Below, in pieces: positions 33,305 through 47,426 of a DNA stretch of 64,000 bases. The notes under the pieces are model-generated. The model did no database searches. It was not told the origin of the DNA and worked only from the letters and a program-made list of their open reading frames with translations. This DNA comes from Eledone cirrhosa (lineage: Eukaryota): contig CAXHJY010001130.1 in NCBI GenBank assembly GCA_964016885.1, forward strand, positions 1 to 64,000. The letters are read 5' to 3'. Position 1 is the stretch's first letter. Every line of letters starts with the position of its first letter. The position numbers were made by a program, and so were the translations under genes.

Positions 33305-33637
33305 TTAATTGTAAGTTGTGATGTTGCTATTCCATTCATGTTTTCTATTTAATTTTGGTTGGTGTTCATTTATGTTTATTGCCTCTGTGATTTGTTTAAA
33401 CATTGCGTCTTTTCTGTGTGTAGATTTTATTTTTATTTCTATGTTCTCAAATTTTCCCTTATGTTCTATTTTAGCATGTTGGTGGAGTACTGATGATTCT
33501 TTTCTATCTTGAAGTTCTCGCCAGTGTTCATTTAATCGTTCTCCTATACTACGAGCTGTCTCACATATATACACTATATTCTTATCTTTACATTGTCCCC
33601 CAGTACATCTTATGCTATATACTATGTTTCTAGTTTT
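33305..33637 (-). pseudogene. PLE GIY-YIG endonuclease remnant
   Basis: YICETARSIGERLNEH...SSVLHQHAKIEH...QITEAININEHQPKLNRKHEWN (YIGET/R/H/E/N motifs). Confidence 0.85.
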
Positions 33638-34276
33638 TCAGTTAATATGGGGTCTTAGTTTACAGATTATGCATTTCTTATCTATACAGGGAGGTCTTTG
33701 AAAAGGGTATGTATTACTAATAAGTGTTTTTATGGAGGTACCTGGTCTTTCCACTATCTTAATATTTAGTTTAAGTTTATCTAGGGCCCTTCTAAATTTG
33801 TAAGCTGAGTTTCGGTGGTTCAGGTATTTGGAAGTCATGGGTTTGGCATAATGGGAATGGAGGATTTGTTTTTTGTTATTAATGGTTTCTAACCAGAGCT
33901 CTGTGTCTAGTACAAGTAATCGATGGTTGGGGTGTTTGCTTGGGTAGTCTATAATAACTCTAATACTCTGGTGGATGGAGTTAGCTATTTGATGGATGCT
34001 TTCCATGGTGTTTTTCTCTAATTCCTGACTGTTCTCTAGTGGGGGTGTTTTTACTACGATGTTTATATCATCAACGTAGCGAGAGTACATTATCACGGTT
34101 AAGAGGTTGCTGTCTTCTAATTGTTCTTTAAGTTTATTGTCCCACCATACCATGAATAGGTTAGCTATGTCACCTGCAATGCTAACACCAATGGCTGCTC
34201 CCTCCTCTTGGGCATATGTTTTTCCATTAAATTTGAACATATGTTCCTTAATGGTTAGTTTTATACTGGCCCCCAC
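33638..34276 (-). pseudogene. PLE reverse transcriptase C-terminal part, internally deleted
   Basis: FKFNGKTYAQEEGAAIG...IANLFM...RYVDD...DYPS...VLD...HYAKP...SA, then the Cys-rich linker CIDKKCIIC. Confidence 0.85.
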
Positions 34277-34439
34277 CGCATAAATACCAGAGTGTAATGT
34301 TCATCAATACAACCCCTAGCGGTGAACTAGCTTACAAATTTAGAAGGTGTATTTCTTATTGGCAACATGACCCCCCACCCTAACCCCCCAAGTATAACAA
34401 TATCGGTTTCAACACACGTTTTCAGATAAATAATCTTAG

Positions 34440-36044
34440 GACCCTACTAGGAGAGCCGCCCTCCACGGCCCAGAGCACTGGGGAGATCAGGCGGCTGTTT
34501 GAAGAACTAGATATTGAGACAGAGCCCTTCAGCAGAGAGGAGCTTCAGAGAGCCAAGAAGAAAATCAAGGAGGGCAAGGCTCATGGAGAAGATGGAGTGG
34601 CATCAGAGGTGATGAAGAGGTGTTATTTTGATGATATCATCCTGGGGTTCTGTAACCAGGCACTGGAGAAAGGAGTTGCCCCGAATCAGTGGAGGATCAG
34701 TAACATCGTCCCAGTGCCAAAGAAGGGAGATCTCTCTAACACCAACAACTACAGGGGGATCTCACTGACGTCACTTGTGGCAAAGACCCTCAACAGGAGG
34801 ATTCTTAACAGGATCCCCCCTGAGATGGAGAAGAAGCTCAGGGACAACCAGAACGGCTTCAGAGAGGGAATATTAACCACCAGTCACATCCTGATGCTGA
34901 GGAGGATATTAGAGGGAGCTAGAGCAAAGGGCCTTCCTGCGGTTATGGTTTTCATTGACTTTAGGAAGGCCTTTGATTCTGTAGACCGTCACTGCCTAAT
35001 GAAGATCTTACAGGCTTATGGAATCTCCAAGAAGATAGTGGACCTGATATCACTCCTCTACACCAACACCAAAGCCCAAGTCATTACACCTGGTGGGATG
35101 ACAGAGTTCTTTGAGATACTGGCTGGAGTGCTCCAGGGAGATACATTGGCTCCCTACCTTTTTTATCATCGTAGTGGACTATTGTATGCGCCTTGCGCTG
35201 GAGAAACACCAGGACTCTGGATTTACTGTAGCACCGGCTCAGAGCAGGAGAGTTAAGGCGAAAAAGATATCGGATGCTGAATTTGCCGACGACATAGTTT
35301 TGGTGACAAATACATGAAGGAGGCAGAGGATTTGATGCAGGAGGTTGAGACTGTGTCGATGAGTGTGGGGCTGAGAATGAATGAGACTAAAACAAAATAT
35401 CTGGTAGAGAATGTTGAGAAGCTAGAGGGGATCACTAATGTAGGCGGGAAGCCGCTAGAATTGGTTGAGGACTTCCTGTATTTGGGAGCAAAGATTGGGA
35501 ATACGGAAGATGATGTAGTTGAGAGGAAGAGCAAAGCCTGGGCGGCGTGCCACAGCTTGAGATCGGTGTGGAAGTCGGACCTTCGTAAAGACCTGAAAAT
35601 CCGCCTTTTCATTGCTGTAGTGGAATCTGTGCTGCTGTACGGGTCTGAGACTTGGACACTGACCAAGAAACTCACTCAGATGGTGGATGGGTGCTACACG
35701 AGAATGCTGAGGATGGCTCTGAACATTAATCAGTATACACTGAGGATGAAAAACTCAGAGCTGTATGGGAGCCTCCCAAAAGTCAGCTCAAAAGTAACAC
35801 AGAGGAGACTGGGGTTAGCTGGATATGCTCACCGACATCCAGAGTTGACATTGCACTCAGTGCTTCTGTGGGAGCCCCTACATGGACACACTGGAAGAGG
35901 AAGACCAACGTTAACGTATGTTGATACCCTAAGGACAGACACTGGTCTGTTGGAGACGCAGGACATGGCAGCGATAATGAGGGACAGAGACCGCTGGAGA
36001 GAACTCGTCCATGGATCTCGGAATTTTACCCGCCCTAGATAGAT
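34440..36044 (+). mobile_element. 5'-truncated RTE-clade LINE, reverse transcriptase pseudogene
   Basis: ORFs 34597-35256, 35111-35317 and 35314-36042: PVPKKGDLS..NNYRGISL, QNGFR, FIDFRKAFDSV, GVLQGDTLAP, FADD, FLYLG, VLLYGSETW, GRP, DR..WR; frameshifted. Confidence 0.92.
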
Positions 36045-36134
36045 ATACACATTGGCATACGGTTGGATAATACTTGTATCCCTATATGTATTTTTTACAC
36101 GTAGGAACACATACTTTATTATTATTAATCTCCC

Positions 36135-36466
36135 CTAAGTTTGAGATAACATTTTGGTCGTTTGAACTGCTGCTATTTCTTGTGGCAGGACATTGACCTG
36201 TCCACCCTTGCCTTCTGTCTTTACACACGGCACTAGACAACATTGGTCCCTTCCTAAGTCACTCTCATCTGGGAACAGTTTTGTATGGCGCCAGTTTGTG
36301 ATTTGAACTTTATATTCTCCGAGGGAGAAGAACCTCCTCAATGGTGGTCCGCCTGGATTATCCATTTATTTTGGGATTTGAAACCGCGCGGTAAGGGTTC
36401 ATATAGTAAGTACAGCGAACTTTTTAAAATTTATTTTAAAACTTTTTCTCTATTTGCTAAACCTTG
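36135..36466 (+). mobile_element. HHR element family C, copy with the CUGANGA segment deleted
   Basis: Collinear with 57270-57623; retains GAAA ccgcgcgg TA agggttc at 36380-36400. Confidence 0.7.
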
Positions 36467-36473
36467 ATTTTAC

Positions 36474-36515
<42 letters not shown>

Positions 36516-36981
36516 ATTTGTGTGTGTGTGTGTGTGAGTATGTACGCGTGTGTGTGTGTGTCTGTCTGTTTGTGTGTGTAGGTGTGTATGTCTGTCTCTT
36601 TGTGTTTGTGTATGTGTGTGTGTGCCTGTGTACCTGTCTGTCTCTGTGCGTGGGTGTGTGTTCGTGCGTGTCTGTATGTGTGTATGTGTGCTCGTGTGGG
36701 TGCGTGTCTGTGTGTGTGCATGAGGGTGGCGGTTTGGTAGAATCGTTAGTGTCAGACAAAATTATTTGCGGCATATAGTTACAGCCCTTTACGTTTTGTG
36801 TTCAAATCCCACCGAGGTCGACTTTGCCTTTCATTCTTTCGGGTGTCGATAGAATAAAGTACCAGTCATATACTGGAGTTGATTCTTCTTCTATATCTCT
36901 TTCTCATTTATCTCTATCAGTTTCTCTACTTCTCTGGCTGAAATTAGTTGTATTCAGACCAGGAAAGAGGATGGTTTGCGC

Positions 36982-37585
36982 CAAGGCCGGATTTAGATCC
37001 TGGGATTCAGAGGCCCCTCATACACAAAAAAGGTACAGCAAACCCCCAAGTTTATATATCAAAGTCGGCTTGGCGTAAGTAATGGGATTTGAAAAGTTAT
37101 ACATACAGGTAGCAAATTAAAAAAATCTAGCCACCCTCATTTTATGTCCACTTTCCACACTGGCATATGTTGGACAGGTTGTCACAGTCCGAGCCCAGAC
37201 ATATCGGACTCACCTCATCTTGCTCATACATTATTTATTTGGCATGGTTTCTATGGCTGGCTGTCCTTCCTAACATAAACACTTTACAGTGTTTACTGGG
37301 TGCATTGTGTCTGCGATGCTAGCACAACCACTTTACACAGTGGACTAGGTATATTCTATCAAGGCACCAACACTAACAATTTACGGGATGTACTGAGTGC
37401 ATTTTATCATCTAAGGACATTAAATATTTTTCGTTAAATATATAGTCCTCGTTGTGAAAGGGATAAAACTAAAAAGTCCAGCATAGGGCACAAATAAATT
37501 TCTACGGCCGTCGCTAGTGAGCCCCCTCCTGTGCGTGGGGCCTGGGCAATTGTCCCCCCCCCCATCCCCATTAAACCCAGCCTTG
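36982..37585. mobile_element. Possible hAT-like MITE
   Basis: Imperfect TIRs caaggccggattta / taaacccagccttg; no clean 8-bp TSD. Confidence 0.35.
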
Positions 37586-38405
37586 GGCTTCACTGGTCCT
37601 AAAATGCTCATGAAATGCCGTATGTAATAACGGTGCCCCCACGACTCCATCAAGAATTACGGGCCCATACATACATTTACGTTCTCAGTTCAAATCCCGC
37701 CGGTCATATTTGCCTTTCATCTAGTTGGGATCGATAAAATAAAGTACTAATCACCTATTGATATCGATATGATCGACTTTTCCCGCTCTACAAATTGCTG
37801 GTTTTTTAGAAATAATTTACTCTCAAGTCCCAAGTAATAGGGGTGGGGTCGGTTTGGAAAATCGGTAATTTTTCTAGATTGTCACCGTCTTTTAAAAACT
37901 AGAATTAGCCGTTTAGTTTACACATAGAGACCCCAACCCATCCTATTTATTTCGTAACGTATGGTATTTCTAGTAAATGTTATTTTTTTTGTCATGTATA
38001 ATGTTTTTTTTTATGTATAAAGAAAATTAATTGTCGCAGGAATGCTACTACTTAAAATAAAGTTTCGCCGAAGATAGATTAGCAACATTTGATAACCGGG
38101 GGGTTTGGAATAAGAGCGGGAGACTTGAAAAAATCTGAAAATTTAATATGCGGGTGTACTATGATGTGTGCTGTACTTACGTCAGTTGCGACGACGAGTA
38201 TTGGAGTTGTTAGAACAATGAAATTGACTGCTCATGAAATTAACCTGCAAGTGGCTAAGCATTCCACAGACAGGTGCTCTCTTAACATAATTCTCAGGTA
38301 GATTCAGCGTGATACAGTGAATTATAGGTAGAACTTATTTTCTTTTCCCAGCTCAGTGCAGGGCAGTGGAGCAACGTGAAATATGTTTGTATGTATGCAT
38401 GTATA

Positions 38406-38450
<45 letters not shown>

Positions 38451-38879
38451 TGTGTTTTGAGCAATGAAAACAAAACAAAAGTCAGAGATAGATAGTTAAT
38501 TAGTTCATTGTTTTACGATCGTTTCAGGGGGTGGATTGATCATGGACTGTCTGTATATCGACTAGTATGGTAGTAGTTACGTCGCTACCTGTTTCTAGTT
38601 TCGAAATGTTTAACAAATCAATTAAACGCCCTGAATGGTATATTTTACTAATTTATATAATTTGACTATAAACAATATTGTCATATTTGGGTAGGGTCAT
38701 GTTGTTCTAATATTGCCAGAAAAATATAGTAAAACACCTAACTGTTTGGTTTGGTTCAGTATATCTTTATATTTCTTTAAATTCAGCTGGTAATCGATGT
38801 TTATCATTGATTGACCAACAATTTCCACATAAAATGAAAAGTATCATTTTTCAACGTTTGTTGGTGACACAATCACCGA

Positions 38880-39019
<140 letters not shown>

Positions 39020-39487
39020 GCACACACTTTTATCATCCCTTTTCTACAGCGCGGCCGACATTTTTACACCGCATATAGTCTATTGTTAGCACATTAATAT
39101 AACAGATACACAAAACTTTACTATAAGGTATATACATGAATTGTAAGTTGGCGCTCTGTTAAATATTCATTGATTTACAACGCAATTCTAACAACATATT
39201 GGATCGTGGTTCTTCTGAAAGAACTTTTCCGTAACGACGGCAATATATGAATGTATACCTTCAAAACCATACTGCGATAACTATTATATTAAATCTGTTT
39301 CAAGCCAGAAAACTTTTGAAAATATTAAATAATTTTCTTCTCAGCTTTCTGAGAGTGATTTCTACCCGTTTAAGATTTTAAAAGGAAGAAAGCAATTTTG
39401 TCTAAAGATTAATATTTATTTAAATATGAGATCTGAGGTCTGAATGAGTTGCTACCCATGTTTCTCGTCCTGCTTCAAATTTAATGA

Positions 39488-39559
<72 letters not shown>

Positions 39560-40080
39560 AAAACAGGAGAGAGATTAGAGTGTTTGCATAGACAGGTAGA
39601 GATAAGATAGGTAGATAGGTAAATAGATAGATTTTCTTCTTATCGTGTCCACAAGAGTGTCAGTTACAAGGCTTGGCTAGATGTGGTTCCGCCACAACTG
39701 AACACATTGATGTCCTTTCTCATTAAATTCTGCCAAGTTCAATGCTGTTCAGGGGTGTTCTAGCAGGGGGCATATCAGTCTGTGGTTCGATAGATATCTT
39801 TCTTTATTTGCCACAGGGGCGTACAAAAATGGGACATTACAAGACGTGACGACGGGGGTTTTACATAAAATCTTTAACAATGATGAATAACAATAAACTA
39901 TATATAAAATAAAACAATCTAAATCCCCATTAGGGGGGAACGCTACTGCGGGGTTGTTTTACACCCCGTGGATAGAACAACCCTCAACACCAGGAACACC
40001 TTTTATAGGTGTTCCCGTCTTCCCTCTGTTTATATACAGAGAAGGCCCATTCACTCTTTAATAGATAGATTTATAGATAG

Positions 40081-40260
40081 GTATGTATGTATGTATGTAT
40101 GTATGTATGTATGTATGTATGTATGTATGTATGTATGTAGGTAGGTAGGTAGGTAGGTAGGTAGGTAGGTAGGTTGGTAGGTAGGTAGGTAGGTAGGTAG
40201 GTAGGTAGGTAGGTAGGTTGGTAGGTAGGTAGGTAGGTAGGTAGGTAGGTAGGTAGGTAG
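40081..40260. repeat. (TATG)n then (TAGG)n tetranucleotide microsatellite
   Basis: Direct observation. Confidence 0.95.
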
Positions 40261-40324
40261 ATAGAAACCGTTATATTTATATTGTTGCAGTTAATCTGGG
40301 ATCGTCTCTGTGGCCATAGAAATA

Positions 40325-40856
40325 CCCTCGGGTCTCGAATACCCCCACCTCCAACCCGCTTATTAATTTTTGCTGATATCCGGCGAGATTTTATTTTATT
40401 TTATTCCTGCAACAATTCATTTTCTTTAGACATTAAAAAAAATTATACATGACAAAATAAAAAGCACATTACAAGAAATCCCATTAGTTATACAATAAAT
40501 AGGATAGGTTGGCAGTATCGGCGGAGCGTCGGACAACATGCTTTATGGCATAGAGTTACGGATCTTTATGATCTGAGTTCAAATCCTGCCGAGGTTAGCT
40601 TGGCCTTTCATCCTTACGGGGGGGGGGGGGGATTGCTAATATAAAGTACCAGTAATGCACCGGGTCGATTTAATCGACTTTCTTCTTGTCTAAATCAGAA
40701 ACCAATATGTAAAATAAACGACTAATTCTGGTTTTTATAAAAAAAAAATATACACAAAAAAAATTCCCAATGGGGACAACTTAAAAAAAAAAATATCGAT
40801 TTTCCTCTCTCTCTCGCTTCCCCCCCCCCCCTTCCCTATTATTTGGGACCCGAGAG
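40325..40856. mobile_element. TA-flanked MITE (Tc1/mariner/pogo-like) interrupted by a SINE; relatives at ~28150-28400 and ~37818-38140 (-)
   Basis: TA|ccctcgggtctcgaata ... tatttgggacccgagag|TA; internal ttagacattaaaaa.attatacatgacaaaa shared among the copies. Confidence 0.65.
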
Positions 40857-41213
40857 TACTCAGTGTAAGACTGGCTTCTGTTGATAACATTGGAGAGATA
40901 AGTTGGCTGGTTGGTGGTAAAGTGGTTGTTCCCTCTCTATAGTTATGTGATATAACTAGAAATAACATTGCTGTTTAATCCAGCAACACATTTTATATAC
41001 GGTAACTTTTATGTTAACATCTCTCAGGTCATCTTAGTATAATGGTCTATGTCGTATTTCCGGTGTATAAGAATGTATCATTTAAGTTTGTTATAAAAGT
41101 CTTAGCCGTTACACACACACACACACACACATACACACATAAACACACACAAACACAAACACATATACACGCATACACACACAAACACATACACACACAA
41201 ACACACACACATG

Positions 41214-41263
<50 letters not shown>

Positions 41264-41300
41264 TCAAAACGAAACGAATGAACAAGATGCAATAACATAA

Positions 41301-41333
<33 letters not shown>

Positions 41334-41746
41334 TGTGTTGTGTGTGTGTTGTGTGTGTGTGTGTGTGTGTGTGTTGTGTGTGTGTTGTGTGTGTGTGTTG
41401 TGTGTATGTGTGATATAAATGACCAGAATTCTTTATGAATAAATATGTACTTCCTCAACCAATAAACTGAGTACGTTATTTAACTGAGGTGCCCTTCCTG
41501 TTCTTTTCCGAGAACCATTCTTACATATGCATATATGTGTGTGTATGTATAGACACACACACATACACACACACACATACACACACACCCACACACCCAC
41601 ATATATATATATTCTCTATGGTTTTATATATTTTGATATATGAATTATCCTTATCGAGCCCTCTTCGGATTTTATATAACCAAAAGTTAAACTGCCAAGA
41701 CTGAAATTGAACCATCAGCACAGTTGAGGTATGTCAGACATCAATT

Positions 41747-41812
41747 TATTTTATCTGATGAGGACGTACTGAGGAAACAGCACAGTACCTCTGAAATATA
41801 TATAATAAAATA
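41747..41812 (+). ncRNA. Type I hammerhead ribozyme in a solo family B copy (~41610-41860)
   Basis: tattttat CTGATGA ggacgtactg-aggaaacagca-cagtacctct GAAA tatata TA ataaaata; 3' end runs into (TA)n. Confidence 0.85.
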
Positions 41813-41853
41813 TATTTGATCACATGAATGTCTATATTTATTAATATTTTGAA

Positions 41854-41967
<114 letters not shown>

Positions 41968-42213
41968 GAGCGCGCGCGCGAGAGAGAGAGAGAGACAAAT
42001 GATGAATCAAAACAAGACAAATATGTTGAGAATTTTGTTTCTCAATCAATAAGCTCAATAGACTTTATCTAGAACCATAATAACCAAATTAAAAGATATA
42101 TGTTTATATGAAGAGAAAAAGAGCCATATATCGTAAAAGAAACATGGTATATTGTAAATATAACAAATACATATTCTATAGAAGAATATGTGTACAGGTG
42201 GAATCGTAAGTGA

Positions 42214-42364
42214 AACCTCATAAGCCTATTTCATACCTGGAAAGCGAAGCTAAAAGTCAACCTATGTAAATGATGATCGAAAAATCAATCAATTTAATCG
42301 ATCATCGAAGACAAAGTATCAATTATGATTAAACCACATAAGACTCAGGTACTCATCAGAGGTC
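42214..42364 (-). ncRNA. Degenerate hammerhead with ~120-nt stem II
   Basis: Minus: gacct CTGATGA gtacctg...caggtat GAAA taggctta TG aggtt; position 17 is G (non-canonical); internal hairpin gatgatcga/tcgatcatc. Confidence 0.55.
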
Positions 42365-42763
42365 TAGTCTCATCATTGTAAGGGAAATATAGAATGAAGA
42401 TGGTAAATAAATCAATATACCTGGGAATATCTACAACTAAGTCTAACTCGACCGTCGTGCTGAGAAACACATGGTGGCAAGGACCTTAAACCCATGGCGA
42501 ATAGATATCCACAAGGTGGATGATAACTCTGCTAGAAATAAGAACGGGGGTTATAGCCACCGAGCTCAACAAGTTAAGAGGTTTGGAGCCGTTAAATACA
42601 AATGATGAATCAAAATATATCAAATAATGGCTCTTTTTCTCTATATATATAAACATTACATCTTTTCATTTGGTTATATATATAAACATACATCTTTTCA
42701 TTTGGTTATATATATAAACATACATCTTTTCATTTGGTTATATATACACATATATATATATGG

Positions 42764-42816
<53 letters not shown>

Positions 42817-43024
42817 TACTTATATATATATGTGTGTGTGTGTGTGTGAATCCCGGCTTCAATCGGGGGTTAACCACAGTTAGTAAGGCACTCAATACAT
42901 TACTTGAGTGTAAACAATATATTTAATATAGAAATGGCTTCTACGGGACTAGAACTGTTTTATTGAAAAGAAATAATCAGGAAAGCCCAGATGCTTTCTT
43001 TTGAATTCATCTCTATATTAAACA

Positions 43025-43083
<59 letters not shown>

Positions 43084-43198
43084 CATACATATACATATTT
43101 ATATTTACATATATATTTATATATATTTATATATATTTATACTTTATATATATTTATACTTTATAAATAACAATCAAAGAGTGTTTAGAACATTTAAT

Positions 43199-43239
43199 CA
43201 CTTACGATCGTTTCATCCAAGGCCAGAATCATCGGAGTA
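43199..43239 (-). ncRNA. Hammerhead variant with CCGAUGA core, in an inverted-repeat element (43232-43303 vs 43796-43864)
   Basis: Minus: tact CCGATGA ttctggccttggat GAAA cgatcg TA agtg. Confidence 0.55.
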
Positions 43240-43897
43240 TATAATAAAGGTTAAAACACAAATATAATATCAGAAGTTTGTCATAAGAACATTAGGAGAA
43301 TACATTATATTTTTTACTTTGCTGATTATACATTAATTCCTTTGAATGGTTTGAATAATGATAATAACATTTCAACCTATATTTGATGTTTATGTTGCTG
43401 AGTATACTTATTCAACATTATTATCTTTGAATGGTTTGAAAAATAATAGTTTATCTGTATTACTGAATGACGCAGTCGAACTTTTTATATCCATTATGAA
43501 AATTATCTTTTGAAGATGTATTTCTAAATTTATATTTGAACTACACACCTGCTGTTATTAACTTTATAAATTTTTGAAATGATTATGATATATGTTTATT
43601 TACTAATTATGATATATGTCTTGCACTATACTTAAACTTTCTATAACAGCATGCTTTTTTAAAATTTGTAATGCTTTGAGCTGCTCCTAATTTTATTTCA
43701 TTGCATTTATATGCTCATATTTTTCATATGCTTCTTCTGCTTTCGCTATCTTTTCTTATATAAATGTTGATACTTATGCTTACTTCCTATATTGTGTATC
43801 CTTCTAATGTTCTTATGACAAACTTCTGATATATTTGTGTTTCAAACTTTATTCTATACTCCGAAAGTTCTCCTCCAAGACACAAGTTCGGGCAAGG

Positions 43898-44105
43898 CTA
43901 TTTGTGGAAGACCAGTAGTCGCCCATGCATACCAGTCTTCTCTCTCCACACCACCGATGTTATCCAAGGGAAAGGCAGTGGCCGATATAACTTGGCATCT
44001 GTGACGTCGCAACTCATTTCTACAGCTGAGTAAACTGGAGCAACGTGAAATAACGTATAACCTCTCGATTGCAAGCCCAACACTCTAACCACTAAGCCAT
44101 GTGCT
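43898..44105 (-). mobile_element. Second SINE family (tRNA-like head); fragment also near 38240-38382
   Basis: Minus strand begins gcacatggcttagtggttagagtgttgggcttgcaatc (A-box-like); ggagcaacgtgaaat shared with 38368. Confidence 0.65.
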
Positions 44106-44507
44106 TTATTATAATATATATATCCAACTATCTTTCCTGCCAGTTGGTTTTACTCGTAAAATCAGTCCAGCGATTCTTTCTTGAGACATTCTAACCACAT
44201 ATCCATAGTATCGGAGATGTAATCTGTCAATTCAGAGAAGTAACGGCTGTACCTGGAGTGACTCTCTCATCTCCGAGCTATGCACACTATTGAGTAACCT
44301 TACTCCAAGGATCCTACAGAGGAACCCAACTTGTATTCGCGATCGTATTTTTTCGGTCTACTTCTAACATGACCCGTTAGAAGGAGCTTTTGAGGACTCT
44401 GCCCCCACGATTCTCTCAGGAATAAGGGGCGAAGAAGTGTGAAAGAAGATATATATATATATAAAGAAACAGGGACTGCGTAGTTGCTGGATAAGGTGTA
44501 TTTATAA

Positions 44508-44817
44508 ATAAGAGGAAAGCACGAACGGAAGAAAATTTTCCTTCATCAGTTGCCTGCTGGGGATCATGGATATTTCTACGCATTAAAGACAAGATATCTA
44601 ACCCCAGTGCGTCAATAACTAAAGGAAGTTATGGGTGAGGGGGAGGGAGAGAGAGAGAGAAGGGAAAAGGGAAAAAAACGGAAAACAACAAACCGAAGAG
44701 GGAAACCCGAAGCACATGTGTGTATGCAACTGCTTGTCTTTAATGCGCAGAAATATCCATGATCCCCAGCAGACAACTAATTAAGGAAAATTTTCTCCCG
44801 TTCATGTTTTCCTCTTA
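44508..44817. repeat. Inverted-repeat element in (TA)n, arms 44508-44593 and 44734-44817
   Basis: Reverse-complement arms; CTGATGA on the minus strand of the left arm, degenerate (ctaatta) in the right arm; no clear GAAA half. Confidence 0.7.
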
Positions 44818-44917
44818 TATATATATATATATATATAAGTATTGATTGAAGTTTCCATTGAAAATTGAAAAAATCATAGGAGTGAAGAGTGCTCTATGTA
44901 AGTACCAGAGCTAAAAT

Positions 44918-45040
44918 TAATGTATAATAAACGATACAATATAATTATACGATGAACGAATGAGGACGTTTTTTGTATTCGTCTTATTCGGGAAACCTCT
45001 GGTAATGAGGTAATTATATTGTATTGTTTATTATACATTA
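44918..45040 (+). ncRNA. Degenerate hammerhead closed by a ~30-bp extended stem I
   Basis: ttat ACGATGA a-cgaatgaggacg...cgtcttattcg-g GAAA cc-tct-gg TA atga; flanks taatgtataataaacgatacaatataatta and taattatattgtattgtttattatacatta pair. Confidence 0.45.
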
Positions 45041-45974
45041 AATTATATAATAAAGAACCAGTAATGTACTGGATAATTGTTGGCCTTGTGCCTAAAGTAG
45101 AAACAATTAAATTATATATATATATATTTATACTTATATATATATATTTTTTTTATATATATATATAATTAGTACTTATATATATATATATATAAGTACT
45201 AATTATTTTAAAATGTTTTCAGTCATCTAATCCGATATAACTTCCTTGTGTTACCGAAAATAGCAAATTACACCTGGTGAGGATTAACCTTAGAGGGTCC
45301 TCATGTTTTATCATACAGTTTTAATACGTCTATTAATTATACAGTATATCATGAATATAAATCCAATAAATTTATTTATGAAATTAAAGCAGCTGAATAT
45401 GAAAAGAATAGTTTTTGATATGTTTTTATTTTTAATCTGCATCAAAGAATTATATAGATAAAGGGACAAAGAATTATATAGATAATTCTTTGTCCCTTTG
45501 TTTTCAAAGGTTACAAGGTCAAGATGACATTTGGGTCATTTTCTTGTTTTTTTTTTGTTTGTTTTTGTTTTTGTTTTTGTTTTTTTGTTGTTGTTTTAAT
45601 CATTAATCTGCTGTGAGTTCTGACAATTGTAGCAAGTAATGAAAAAGAAAACTCACGCATTACATACAGTTAAAGAAAGACAATGTTACCAAGGTAGCCA
45701 TGAGCTTGTATCCTTCTTCAAATGACTCTCTCTGCTCAAATAATTGTTTCTACTTTTGGCACAAGGCCAGCAATTATCCCAGTGTATTACTGGTACTTTA
45801 TTTTATCGACCCCATAAGGATGAAAGGCAAAGTTAACCTCGGCGTGATTTGAACTCAGTCCTCCGTAAAGGGACGTAACTGTGCTGCAAAGCATGGCGTC
45901 CGACCCTCTACCGATACTGCCAATCCACCGCCCTAAATGTCTCACCAATACATGTCATTGTTGCTGGCAGTATC

Positions 45975-46812
<838 letters not shown>

Positions 46813-47426
46813 TCATAAAAGCTTTAAATCGAACCCCAGTTAAAGGATCAAACGGATTTCAAATTGAAAATGTAAAAAATGAAGAAGCATACCCAATAGC
46901 ATGATAAAGAAGTTATTTTGATGTATAAATCGCTTTAAAATTTTCTTTATTCAATCGATGAAATGATTTGAAAAAATGAAGAGCAAAGAATTGTTTCATC
47001 AATGGTCGTCTGTTCTTCTGTCGCCATTAAAGCTTCGTCAGTGTAAAGAATATCAAGAATGGACTTCCGTTTTGATTTTGTAACACCAGCACCAGGGATA
47101 ACGTGGGCATTAAATAACATTTCTTCGGCGTTTTCTTTTCATTTTCTCAAAGATTCTTCTTCTTCTTCTTCTTCTTCTTCTTCTTCTTCTTCTTCTTCTT
47201 CTTCTTCTTCTTTTCTTTTTTCCCTTCTTTTTTCTTCTTCTTCTTCTTCTTCTTCTTCTTCTTCTTCTTCTTCTTCTTCTTCTTCTTCTTCTTTCTGAGT
47301 TCAAATCCCGCCGAGGTTAACTTTGCCTTTCATCCTTACGGGGTCGATAAAATAAAGTACCAGTAATGTACTAGGTAATTGCTGGCCTTGTGCCAATAGT
47401 AGAAACAATTATTATTATTATTATTG

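Larger units (their letters stand above)
32868..34438 (-). mobile_element. Rearranged, 5'-truncated Penelope-like element with inverted terminal segment
   Basis: RT and GIY-YIG remnants on the minus strand, HHR in the 3' repeat, and 34346-34438 is an inverted copy of ~32893-32970. Confidence 0.85.

Noticed and set aside
38505-38530. GAAA cgatcg TA on the minus strand
   Set aside because: Matches the 3' half of the 43.2 kb ribozyme but has no CUGANGA or stems; too short to call.
39050-39127. AG...GT bounded 78-bp exon candidate
   Set aside because: Stops in all three frames; could be a UTR exon but cannot be supported without transcripts.
42935-42990. Hammerhead-like ctgatta...aaaacagttc on the minus strand
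   Set aside because: Two core positions are mutated and stem I is unclear; only the downstream ACTC/GAGT hairpin is reported.
46985-47046. CTGACGA...GAAA on the minus strand as a hammerhead
   Set aside because: Stem I has only 2 pairs and stem II does not abut the core.
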